The notes under the pieces are model-generated. The model was not told the origin of the DNA. It ran no database searches and saw only the letters and a program-made list of their open reading frames with translations. Made by a program: the position numbers and the translations under genes. Shown here piece after piece: positions 13,886 to 24,059 of a stretch of 64,000 bases of DNA (its first letter is position 1; each line of letters begins with the position of its first letter). This stretch comes from Hydrolagus colliei (taxonomy: Eukaryota), in NCBI GenBank assembly GCA_035084275.1, contig CM068769.1, positions 6,696,001-6,760,000 on the forward strand. The letters run 5' to 3'.

Positions 13886-14007
13886 GGGAGGGATGATGGG
13901 GATGGACTGACTGATGGGTTACTGGCCGGGGAGGCTGGTTGGTTGGTGTGAGTTAATGAGGTGGCTGGTGATGGAGACTGACTGACTGACCCTCACGTTG
14001 CCCTCTG

Positions 14008-14350
14008 GTGTGGAGCCTGTAGCTCAGGGGTGACAGCCCTCGCCTGGCGAGCCGCAGACGCGGGTTCCATTCCCGGCCACACCTCGAACCGAGTCTCCTC
14101 CTCCACCCGCCTGACACACACAACAACAACAACATCAGCAATAATAAAATGGCCACCGCCGCCCCCCCCCCCCCCCCCCCCCCCCCGGCTGTTTGTTGGG
14201 GAGGCTGTCGTGCGCCATCGGCTGCCGCGTTTCACCCACAAAACACACAGTCACTTCACCGGACATTGATTCCCGTGAGGAGATTCCAGGTGAGGAGAGG
14301 ACGGGACAAAATGCCCAGAAAATGGCGGATTATTATCCCTGTTATTGTGG
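14008..14350 (+). mobile_element. GC-shifted tRNA-derived SINE copy with internal poly-C run
   Basis: Head GGAGCCTGTAGCTCAGGGGTGACAGCC...GGTTCCATTCC, body GCTGTCGTGCGCCATCGGCTGCCGCGTTTCACCCACAAA and tail are colinear with the SINE at 16760-17115, with many A/T>G/C changes. Confidence 0.75.
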
Positions 14351-14400
14351 CTCTCACTACGTCTCTCTCTCTCTCTCTGTGTTTCTCTCAGTCGCTCTCC

Positions 14401-14925
14401 CGCAAAACACACAGTCACTACACTGTGACACTCCAACATAGTCACTACACTGTGACCCTCAAACACAGTCACTACACTGTGACCCCCTAAACACACAGTC
14501 ACTACACTGTGACCCTCACACACAGTCACTACACTGTGACCCTCCATCACAGTCACTACACTGTGACCCCCCCTAAACACACAGTCACTAAACTATGACC
14601 CCACTAAACACACAGTCACTACACTGTGACCCTCACACACAGTCACTACACTGTGACCCCCCCTAAACACACAGTCACTACAATGTGACCCCACTAAACA
14701 CACAGTCACTACACAGTGATCCTCACACACAGTCACTACACTGTGACCCTCCAACACAGTCACTACACTGTGACCCCCCTAAACACAGTCACTACACTGT
14801 GACATCCCCTAAACACACCATCACTACACTGTGACCCCTAAACACACAGTCACTACACTGTGACCCCTAAACACACAGTCACTACACTGTGACCCCCCTA
14901 AACACACAGTCACTACACTTGACAG
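14401..14925. repeat. Minisatellite, ~18 units of ~26-32 bp (core ACACAGTCACTACACTGTGACC)
   Basis: Visible tandem array. 14 exact CACTGTG and one CACAGTG counted by hand. Flanked by SINE body and tail sequence. Confidence 0.92.
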
Positions 14926-15049
14926 TGAGCGAGCGTTTCCGGTGCGTGTCACGTGACTGGCTTTGAGGCGCCAGACGCCAGCGTCACTAATGTCGTTGTT
15001 ATTATATTATTATTCAATGTGAAGCCTCTGTGACCTCAGAGACTTTCGG

Positions 15050-15323
15050 CTGCAAAATTAAAGAGCCGTTGGCTGCGCGCGCAGCTCCAACCGGCGCCTC
15101 CCCAGAGCGCTGGCAATTTGGCGCTTTTCACTGGTTACCTGGGAGACGGGGGGTGTGTTTTTCTCTGCCACTCTCTATCTCTTCTGTCAATCACGCGTTA
15201 CCTAGGCGACGGGGGTGTCGCTCTTTGCGTCTCTCTCTTGTCAATCGCTGGTTACCTGGGAGACAGTGACGCGAAGGCTAATGCGTCATCAAACTGCGTC
15301 ATGTCACGTTCTGAATGTCCACA
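15050..15323 (+). promoter_or_regulatory. CpG-rich promoter-like region with three RFX X-box-like motifs and CRE half-sites
   Basis: GTTACCTGGGAGAC 15134-15147, GTTACCTAGGCGAC 15197-15210, GTTACCTGGGAGAC 15251-15264. TGCGTCA at 15282 and 15295. Directly upstream of ACAATGGCGGCGGCG. Confidence 0.6.
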
Positions 15324-15388
15324 ATGGCGGCGGCGGAGACAGAGAAGGTGTCTGTGTACAGACGGTCAGGGGGAGAGAGAGAGAGAAG
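15324..15388 (+). other. Candidate first exon (MAAAETEKVSVY...) of the RPUSD4-like fragment
   Basis: ATGGCGGCGGCG start typical of housekeeping genes and a strong donor AAG|GTGAGT at 15389. It ends in phase 2, which does not match the phase-1 RPUSD4 exon unless the internal (GA)n changes length. Confidence 0.4.
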
Positions 15389-15399
15389 GTGAGTCTGTC

Positions 15400-15900
15400 T
15401 GTGTATCCCTGACCCCCCTCTTGTCTCCCCCCAAATGAGATCCTGGTGTGTGTGTCTGTCTCCCTGACCTCCCCTTGTCTTCCCTGTCAGCAGGTCCTGG
15501 TGTGAGGATGAATGTCTGTGTGTGTGTCTCCCTGACTCCCCCCCCCCTTGTCTCCCTATAGGAGGTCCTGGTGTGATGGTCAGTGTGTCTCTGTGTGTGG
15601 CTGTATGTACATGTGTGTTTGTGTCTGTGTGAGAGTCTGTGTGCGGCTGTGTGTAAAAGTGTCTGTATGTATGTGGCTGTCTGTGTGTGTGTCCCTGACT
15701 CCCCTCTCCTCTCCATATAGGGGTTCCTGGTGTGAGTGTGTGTGTGGCTGGGTGTGTGTGTGTGTGTGGCTGTGTGTGTGTGTGTGTGGCTGTGTGTGTG
15801 TGGCTGTGTGTGTGTGTGTGGCTGGGTGTGTGTGTGTGAGACTGTCTGTTGTGTGTGTCAGTGTCTCCCTGACCCCCATCTTGTCTCCCTTGCCCACCAG
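15400..15900 (+). repeat. About five tandem copies of a splice-acceptor unit interleaved with (GT)n
   Basis: Unit CCCTGAC(T/C)CCC..TTGTCTCCC..AG-G(G/A)..CCTGGTGTG recurs near 15405, 15460, 15530, 15690 and 15865. The last copy is the acceptor of the RPUSD4-like exon. Confidence 0.75.
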
Positions 15901-16102
15901 GGGCTGCTGGTGTGAGGGTGAGTGTGGCTGCTGTGCTCCCTGTCCTGGCCAGGATGATGGAGGGGGTGAACGCGGGGACATTTTACCCGTGTCATCGACA
16001 GGACAAGGAGACGACGGGAGCCATGGTGGTGAGGAGGTCCCAGGGGGCAGCGAAGGGGCGACAGGAACTGTTCCCAGCTCGACTGGTCACTAAACACTAC
16101 TG
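15901..16102 (+). pseudogene. RPUSD4: Orphan exon of RluA-family pseudouridine synthase RPUSD4
   Basis: 202-nt exon, CAG| phase 1 to |GTGAGA phase 2, open. (G)AAGVRVSVAAVLPVLARMMEGVNAGTFYPCHRQDKETTGAMVVRRSQGAAKGRQELFPARLVTKHYW aligns without gaps to RPUSD4 as recalled (VLPILAKM...CHRLDKETTGVMVL...QELF.TR.V.KKYW). Flanking RPUSD4 exons were not found in the window. Confidence 0.85.
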
Positions 16103-16759
16103 GTGAGAGACACAGAGAGATCCAATTTGTGTTGCCTGAGACCCACATGAGCCTCCAACGTCTAGGGGGCGACATCGCGACTGAAGCCAACCTAACCCAA
16201 AACCTTATCTCCATCTCTTTTTTGGACTCAGCGCAACTAGTATTTACGCTCTATCATACATATTGATCGGCGTTGTCGCCTCGGGCGCTTTTTATTTGTG
16301 AGCATTGAAAAGCAATTTGGACGTGTATAAAAAAAATTCTGATGACTCTTCGCGACCGAAATGGGGACACTCGCAACCCTGATGTGGATGAGGAGCCGAG
16401 GTTGGGAATCACTACTCTAAATACAATGCATCGACACTGTATTTTACAGACATAGTAAAGCTCTCTCAATACTGCCTGTCCACACTACCCGGTTCGGGTT
16501 AGAGACACATCAAAGTTCTCGTTTCGTTCTGGTCAGATTTGGAAGGTGAGTGAAACTTTCACTGCACTGCTCATTCAGCACCCTGGGATACAGACAAAGT
16601 AACATTTCTTCTAGATTTTCTGTCCATATTTCCAGTCAGAATATGGAATATTCCATATTGCATCTTGTTATTATTCCATATTATTTGATGTCCCGGGTGA
16701 TGAACGTGATCGTTGTCCTTCATGTACTGCCATTGTTATGCGCTCTGAGACACTACTCT

Positions 16760-17115
16760 GAGTGGAGCTCCTGTGGCTCAGTGGTTAGAGCACTTGTCTT
16801 GTAAGCTGGTGGAGACCAAGCTGGGGAGACCTGTGTTCGAATCAAGGCAGGTCAGGGCCAAACCTTGGGCAAGTTTCCTTACTCCACACACACGCCTAAT
16901 AATAATCCCTCCAAAAAAATCACAATAATAAAATTGGTCATTTCAATCCACGACTGCATGTGGGACACTGCTGTGCGCAATTGGCTGCCGCAATTCGCCC
17001 ACAAATATATACAGTCAAATCACTTTAAAGTATATTCTGTGAAGCGCTTTGGGACGTCGACAAGATGTGGAAAACGCTATATCAAATGCAAGGATTATTA
17101 TTATTATTATTATTA
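16760..17115 (+). mobile_element. Best-preserved full-length tRNA-derived SINE (DeuSINE-like central/3' region)
   Basis: A-box TGGCTCAGTGG, B-box GTTCGAATC, conserved body GTGGGACACTGCTGTGCGCAATTGGCTGCCGC, L2-like 3' end and (TTA)n tail. Confidence 0.88.
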
Positions 17116-17219
17116 TATAATTGCAAATTATTGGCGTTGTACACTTTCCAACCATGTTCGCAGGTCAAGAGTAGAGACAACTGCTACGACAAAAATGACA
17201 AAATAGCAATTATATAGTG

Positions 17220-17830
17220 TCTTTTACATCGAGAGGACATCCCAAAGCGCTGAAGTGTCTAGCTGGGACCCGAACGGTGCGTTTTGGGCGGGGTGGGGGG
17301 GCTTAGGGGTGGAAGGTCGGCGTAGGGGGAAGGGGAAGGAGAGTGGGAGAGGGGGAAGCGTTAGTGGGCAGCCGAAGTCAGGATCGAAGACGAAGTTCTT
17401 GAGACAGGCCTTGAACGAGGAATGGGATGAGGCGAGAGGGAGGGGCTGCGGGATGGAGATCCACAGTGTGTTGAGCAGAGAGGCTAAGAGCCCGGCCACC
17501 GATGGATGGGTGGTTAGGGCAATGGACACGGAGCAGGCCTGAGTCCGCTGAATGGAGGGGGCGAGCACAGGCTGGTAGGGAGACAGTAGGTCAGAGAGAT
17601 AGGCGGGAGCAAGGCCGTGAATGGCGTTGAAAGTGAGGACAAGAATCTTGAATTGGATCCTCTGAGAGATGGGGAGCCAGTGGAGACGGGCGAGGGTGGG
17701 AGTGGTGTGCTCGTGAAGCCTGGCACAGGAGAGTTACACGAGCTGCAGTGTTCAGAGTGACCTGCAGCCTGTGAAGGGAAGAGCTGGGGAGGCCGACGAG
17801 GAGAGAGTTTCTGTAGTCGAGCCAAGAGTA
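17220..17830 (-). mobile_element. L2 LINE 3' fragment
   Basis: Encodes HHSHPRPSPLAPHLSEDPIQDSC-type L2 ORF2 end in shifting frames (..FKACLKNFVFD) plus the pyrimidine-rich UTR and tail. Confidence 0.8.
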
Positions 17831-17854
17831 ACACTGCTATACACTGTCATAGAT

Positions 17855-18215
17855 TAGATTCATAGAATTTTACGGCACAAAAGGAGGCCATTCGGCCCAT
17901 CTAGTCTGTGCCCGCTCTTTGAAAAGAGCGATTCAATCCCACTGCCCTGCCCGCTCCCCATAGCCTAATAGACCTGTTCTCCCTAAATAAAGATCTAATT
18001 CCCTTTTAAAAGTTGTTATCGAATCAGCCTCCACCACCTTTTCTGGCAATGCATTCCAGATTCGAACAACTCGCTGAGTGAAAACATTTCTCCTCAGCTC
18101 CCCTCTACTTCGCCTTGAAACTATTTTAAATCTGTGACCACTAGTCACAGATTCGCCCACTAGTGGAAACAGTTTTTCTCTATTTGCCCTGTCGGTCGAA
18201 ACCCCTCATGATCTT
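17855..18215 (-). mobile_element. CR1 LINE 3' fragment
   Basis: ORF 17933..18160 ELRRNVFTQRVVRIWNALPEKVVEADSITTFKRELDLYL is the CR1 ORF2 C-terminus. The 3' end is GATGGGCCGAATGGCCTCCT...(ATCT)n-like. Confidence 0.88.
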
Positions 18216-19174
18216 ATAGTTTGCTTTCCCAGATCATCGACAGTAAACATCAGCTTGAGACAGCTTGAAAGCGTACCATCTAAAACACATTCTAAAAGTG
18301 TTTCTTTGAACTTCCACATCAGGATGAGAGACAGAGGATTGCTGACAACCTAATATCCCTCCTCGATCACAGATTACAATTGGAAATTGCCTGGAACTGC
18401 CCTTCAAAACTCCCAGGACAGCAATAAAATTAAAGACACACTGTATATTTACACTCACAGTTCACGGTTAGAAAGAGAGAGGAATGCGCCCGCTACACTG
18501 TCTGTTGATAATCACTTGTCAGAGTTAGAGACAGATTATGTCTGCTTGTACACAGTCGTTTGACATTACTGAGTGAGGGTGGGGAAACAACGAAGCTAAC
18601 TCCACCTTGTTTGTCCTCGCTGCCGGTTCAGGGTTAGAGCTTAAGTCACACTCCCTTCACTAGCCCAACCTATACTCCCAGGCAAATTTTGGGGACAGCT
18701 TAAAGCGTCCTCTGCAATGTCCAGTCCACATGCCCATGTGAGGTACAACGACAGAGTAAATTTCACTAAATTGACCATTCGCACACTTAGGTGAAGGTCA
18801 AGGTTACGGTAAAGATCCTTTTGCACTATCCATCCACCTTTTCAGATCAATGTTAGAGGCCAGGTAAAACTGTCCTTCCATTCCTAACTCGGAGTGATTT
18901 TTCACGTCTAAATTCTCCGCCACGTCAGGCTGCTCAGAACATGAGATCAGTATAATGCCTCAATGCTTTACCTTTCTGTGTTGCTGAGAGCACAGCAGTG
19001 ACGGGCACTTCCTAACCCAAATCTAGTTCGAGCTTCCTCCTATTATCAGAAGTGATATGCAAGACTTCCTTCCCTTTCACTCGGAGACAGCTTGAGACTG
19101 TACATTGTCAGAGAGTGGAAGGATTTTTTCTCTGACGATGATTTGGCCAGTGTTCCACATACAGTCGTGGAAGT

Positions 19175-19670
19175 GGGTTAGGGGAGAAATGGGGAAAAGA
19201 GGGTAGGGTGCCGAGGAGGGAAAAGTGGAGTGGGTTAAAGTCAGAAATGTACAGAAGGGGAAAAGGGGGGTAAGGGGACGCAGGAGGGAAAGTCTGGGTT
19301 GGTTAAAATCAGCGTGAAATGGGAGGGAGAACGTGGGGTTAGTGGGAAGAGGGACGGAATGGGGGAAAGGGGGAGAGGGGCAAAAATGGGGGAAAAGGGA
19401 ACGGAGCGAAGCAAGGGAGAGAAGAGGGCGAGGGAAGACGTGATGGAAGAAAGGGGGAAAGAGTTGGATGGGAAAGGAAGGGAAGTGGATAAGACAGGGA
19501 AGAATGGTAAGAACGAGAGGAAGGAAAGCGGGCGAAAGTAGGGGTGAAGACAGAGGAGGAAAGAGATGGAAAGACATGGGGAAGCAAAAAGTGGGCGGTA
19601 GAAAGACAAATAAGGGAAGCAAAGGGTGAGAGAATGGGGGGAAGGGGATAGAGGGAAGAAAAATGGGGTA
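19175..19670. repeat. Strand-biased purine-rich (G/A) low-complexity tract
   Basis: About 500 bp of mostly G/A on the + strand; it produces the low-complexity ORFs 19077..19815. Confidence 0.85.
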
Positions 19671-20118
19671 TATTATGTACCAAACGGGAGCAATCAACTG
19701 TACCGTCAGTATTTCGATCAGTAACTATATTGTTCGGTACCTGTACATTGTTGTGTAAATCTTGTATAGATAATTTCCATCCATCTGTGTGCATTTGCTT
19801 GTTCTCACGTCGCAAATCACTTAAACACTCACAAATGTCCGAGTCAAGAAAATATATTCAATGCAGAATCGATCCAAATGCTGCAACAACCAATAAACTC
19901 ATGAGCACCAGTTGTACGCCAGGCTCGTTTGTCCGCTCCCGCATCACTCAATCCAAGAGGGGAAGGACTTGCTGAGGAAGTGATGGTGCTAGGGTGGAGG
20001 GGTAGGGGCTGTGTGAGGAGCTAGATGAGGAGGGGGCGGTGCTAGGTGAGTAGCTGGGTGAAGAGGGGAGAGCGGCTGTGACTAGCAGGGAGCGTTGTTG
20101 CTGTGAATTATTGGCTCC

Positions 20119-20610
20119 CAGTGCAACACCACCATCGGGTGGCTGAACGCGTTATCACAGCCGCAGGGAAACACTTGTTCCTCTTCCCCTCAGATGGGCT
20201 GTGTTATAATTGAGGATTGGATTGATTTTTCACCTGTTTGTCAACAGACTGAAGCAGCTCGTGGGAGAGGAGGTGGAGGAATAGCCCTCGGCCATGTGCT
20301 CTCTAATATTTAGCACACACACAGACTTTGATAGGAATTACATAGGTTGCACTAAGGGCCAGAGATGAAAAAATCTACAGATTAAATCCTGCGGGAAACC
20401 ACTTATTGCCAATTCCCTGGTTCCCCAACAGCTGACAATAATCACACACTGAATGAGGGGAAATCAAAATGTCCCCAAGTCCAGGCTGATAGGAATGCAG
20501 TAAGGCCTGCAGTACAAGCACATGTCCATCAGGTGGCGGAGCTGCACTGTAATTCCTTCCTGGTCTCACAGTACAACACCACCTCCCAGTGGCTGACCGC
20601 GGTACTACAG
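20119..20610. promoter_or_regulatory. Cluster of three CTCF-like motifs
   Basis: + strand CTGCAGTAC-n7-TGTCCATCAGGTGGCGG (20507-20539). - strand GCCACCCGATGGTGG (in 20119-20160) and GCCACTGGGAGGTGG (in 20569-20610), each with a CTG(T/C)AG-like upstream module. Confidence 0.45.
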
Positions 20611-20719
20611 TGCCAACAACATTCACTTCACAAACCCTTACTTTTTCATCAACAACAAGAACAGGCTGCCTTTATTTAGTCTCCTTCATGGAGTGTCACG
20701 ACTTGGAGCTTTTCCTCAG

Positions 20720-22090
20720 TGTTTTGTGTTATAAGTGACAAATGGGTTTGTATTCCTGTTCCTGTGCTATCCTCCATCAATCCAATAATGAAGCCCAGCA
20801 TCTGCTTCCGCCTCCCATCTCCCATCTCCACGCATGGCCCTTCTTTTAACCGACATCATCAACTTTTGTTTATGAACTTGCAATATTCCTGCTGCTCTAA
20901 ACACAGCTGGCATCACCACCAACCTGAACAAAAACTCCTTCCCTGGACCCATGGCTTATCTGCAGCTAGCTCCCCCATCTCTAACTGCCCATTCCTTTCC
21001 AAGGAACAGGTCATTATGTCTGAACTTCTTTATTTTCTCTCCCGCCATTTACTCTTTCAACTTCTCTAATGTGTACTACCCACGGCACAGAAACAGCCCT
21101 GGTCAAAGTCACTAATGATATTCTGAAAATGTGTGATCTAGGCACTCTCGGCCTGCTCATCCTCCTTTACCTAACTGCTGCCTTAGACACTGTTGACCAC
21201 TCAATCCCCATACATTACCTCTCCTTTCACCTCCACATTCATAATACTAATTACTATTATATTATTATTAACCTTCATGTTTCAGAACTTGCTTCTCACA
21301 CCATCTCCTCTTTATATTTGCTAATGTTTTCTCTTCTAGCGCCTGCACCATCTCGTGTGATTTTCCTCGGGACTCTGGCCTTTGTACCTTCCTACTCAAT
21401 AGTTACATGCTCCATCTTGATGGCATCATTCCAATTTCACAGAAGACCCTAGTCCTCACATTAAAATCCCTCTACGTTTGTGGGGTCAACTCCTACTTGT
21501 CTATTATAACCCCATCTCTATGACTCTACCACCCTACTTCACTGCAGGATGACTGCTGTCGTGAAACGCGAGCTAACTTTCTGCTGCTAAATGTCAAACA
21601 GGAAGGACCTACTGATTGGACCTACTGAGCACTTCCACTACTCTGGTAGTGACAATATCACAGATGCACACGGGATCTTACTGAGCCAGTCTGTAACCTT
21701 GAAGCTATATTTGACTGTTAACTGTATTTTCCAGCCCACATCCTTGTGTTGATCTGCTCTACCATCCACGATCTCTGCCACAGTCTCACAGCAACGGCAG
21801 TCTCTGTGACCTCCATGCTCGTCACAACAGTGCCTATTTCCCAAATCCACTGCTCCACCGTCGGCGACCGTGCCTTCAGACACTAAGCCCTGAGGCTCTG
21901 GAACACCCTTCGACACTCCCTTCGTCTCGCCCCCGCTCTTCCAAGCTTCAGGTCTCGCCTGAAGACTTTTCATTTCGACCACATTTTCTGTCACCTTCAT
22001 CCCTCTCCCCCGCCTCTGCCCCGGGATTCATTTATGGGGAAGCATTCTACGACACCGTCTGGCGTGTATTGAGGGCTTTATATCAATTGA
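20720..22090 (+). mobile_element. Decayed L2 LINE (RT to 3' end)
   Basis: HGTETALVKVTNDILKMCDLGTLGLLILLYLTAALDTVDHSI is the L2 RT motif. The 3' end lies near 22050-22105. Confidence 0.85.
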
Positions 22091-22779
22091 AGTTGTTGTT
22101 GATGATATAAACAAGTACAGTGCTCTACTGTATACCCAATTATTCTATCATTATTGTTCCATAGGTTGTAGTGGTTGGTCGTTTGGGCAATCTTAACGTG
22201 TGATGAGTTTTCACATGTATGCGGCTGAAGAAATGTAGTAAAGATCCAATTCTGAACAGGCATTTTATTCAACCAATTTATCTTTTGCAATAATTTACAT
22301 ATATACAATTATGTCAACTAAATCATGGATAGAAAGGAAAAAACAACATCTTGATATAGAGTTATAATATACACCAAACCTGCGCCTTTGTGGCTGGGGA
22401 CTCCTCTCTGTGCTTCCCTGAAATTGAGGGATCAAGGCTTTCCCATCTCAGGTCTCTCAGCCTTTGCTGGGCTTGTTTATACAGTGGTTCCTGCTTTATT
22501 TGGACACACACATAAACACACAAGTTTACAAAATACAAAACATGCCAGATCAGCAAGACGCTGTTTTGTTATAATGACCATTTGTGCACTACACAAATGT
22601 ACATGTTAAATTTCATCGTGTATTCCATATTCAGGATCTATTGATGGCCAGGTCTGGTGCCTCACACACACGTGTTTAAATATAATTTCACGCGACTATA
22701 TCACTATAAAAAAACACAATATAATACAAAAACCCAGAGGTGGGAGCAGCTGCATCTGCAGTGATGTGGGTAATTACAA

Positions 22780-23110
22780 GAACCATTTTATTTTAATCCT
22801 TGCATTTCATATGGAGCTTTTCACATTTTATCGACGACTCAAATCGCTTCCAAGAATATACTACGAAGTGAATTAATTGCATATTTGTGGGCAAAATATG
22901 GTAGCAAATAGCGCACATAGGCTTCCCCACAAACAGTCGTGGATCGCAAACGACCAATATTTATTGTTGTGATTTTTTGGGGATGGATTTGTAATAGGCA
23001 TGTGTGTGGAGTAAGGAAGTTTGCCCAATGTTTAGTCCTGAACTGCCTGGATTCGAGCACAGGCCTCTCGCTTGTAAGGCGAGTGCTCTAACCAACTGAG
23101 CTACAGGAGC
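22780..23110 (-). mobile_element. tRNA-derived SINE
   Basis: Full reverse-complement match to head, body and tail of the 16760 copy. Confidence 0.85.
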
Positions 23111-23658
23111 TACGTACGTGTTCCCATCTGGAGATTTTGCTCCCTGATCGGCAGGAGCGGGTGGAGTAGGAGTTTGTGGGGATGTGTGGCAGGGTGGAGG
23201 TGTGTGGGTTGTGGAGGTGTTTGGAGGTGGGGGGGTTTGGAGGTGGGGGCTGTTACATGGGTGGTTTAGCCAAGACTTTCCCTTTTAACACAAGTAGTTC
23301 AACAACATAATTGTAGAATAGGATACACAGACTCTTTTATAGGTTTCATTATGAGGGAAACATGATGCGTGACTTAATTAAAATGGGTACATATCCCATC
23401 ATGCAGTTTAATTTCTCCCAGTGTTGACACTGCAGTGCCTTGGGAATGGTGAGGCAGCCAGAGTTCCTGGTGTTACTGCTGAGCTCCTAAAGGTTGCCGT
23501 GAGCACAGAACAGAGACTGCTGAGGATTTGATACGTCTAGTATCTCTCTTAAAGCTTACTATTGAGGACGGATCAAAGGGACCCATTCTACTAGTAATCT
23601 AGAGCATAGCTGTGGCATCAAGCTACAAACAGCAACAATAAAATTACATGTGTACAGT

Positions 23659-23764
23659 CTACACCATTAGTCTGTGCTCAAACTCCATTCTGAATCCAGA
23701 TGCGAATTTCTCAAGTTTCTTCAACTCTTCCTTTCCCTCTGAACTGATTGGATTCCCAGTCAAA
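23659..23764 (-). CDS. NLR terminal exon (last LRR and stop)
   Basis: Acceptor CTCTGTTTCAG, phase 2. Encodes (C)LTGNPISSEGKEELKKLEKFASGFRMEFEHRLMV*, an LxLxxNxI LRR cap in frame with exon 29570..29761. Confidence 0.8.
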
Positions 23765-24059
23765 CTGAAACAGAGATTTGGAGAATTATAGGGTTAAAAT
23801 ATTGGACAATTTTGAAAGTAGTTGACAAACAATAACAACAGCAACAATGTTACATTATTAGAGTGCTTTTCATGTCGGGCGGACGTCCCAAGGGACAATA
23901 TATTTCAGACACATTCTGTACAATTAATACAGTTCGTTAATATCCACGTGGACAATATGGAGTTAAATGTTACGCAAATAATTCCAAGATATTTAGGGTC
24001 ACGTTTCTGAGATACCACCCTATCCACACAGAGTTCCACGGGTTCTCTGTCTCTGGTTT

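Noticed and set aside
14401-14925. CRISPR-like repeat/spacer array
   Set aside because: Eukaryotic context, no unique spacers (only C-run length variants), no cas genes, and the unit traces to a SINE.
15366-16093. Long Cys/Val- or His/Thr-rich ORFs (15548..16093, 15580..15981, 15366..15716)
   Set aside because: Artefacts of (GT)n repeats. The only homologous frame is the RPUSD4 one.
16760-16855. tRNA gene (also heads at ~8150, 14010, 23050, 40945)
   Set aside because: A and B boxes are present, but each continues into the same SINE body and LINE-like tail and no complete cloverleaf is evident. These are SINE heads.
19077-19815. ORFs of 122-206 aa rich in Pro/Leu/Phe or Gly/Glu/Lys
   Set aside because: Translations of the purine tract, with no domain signal.
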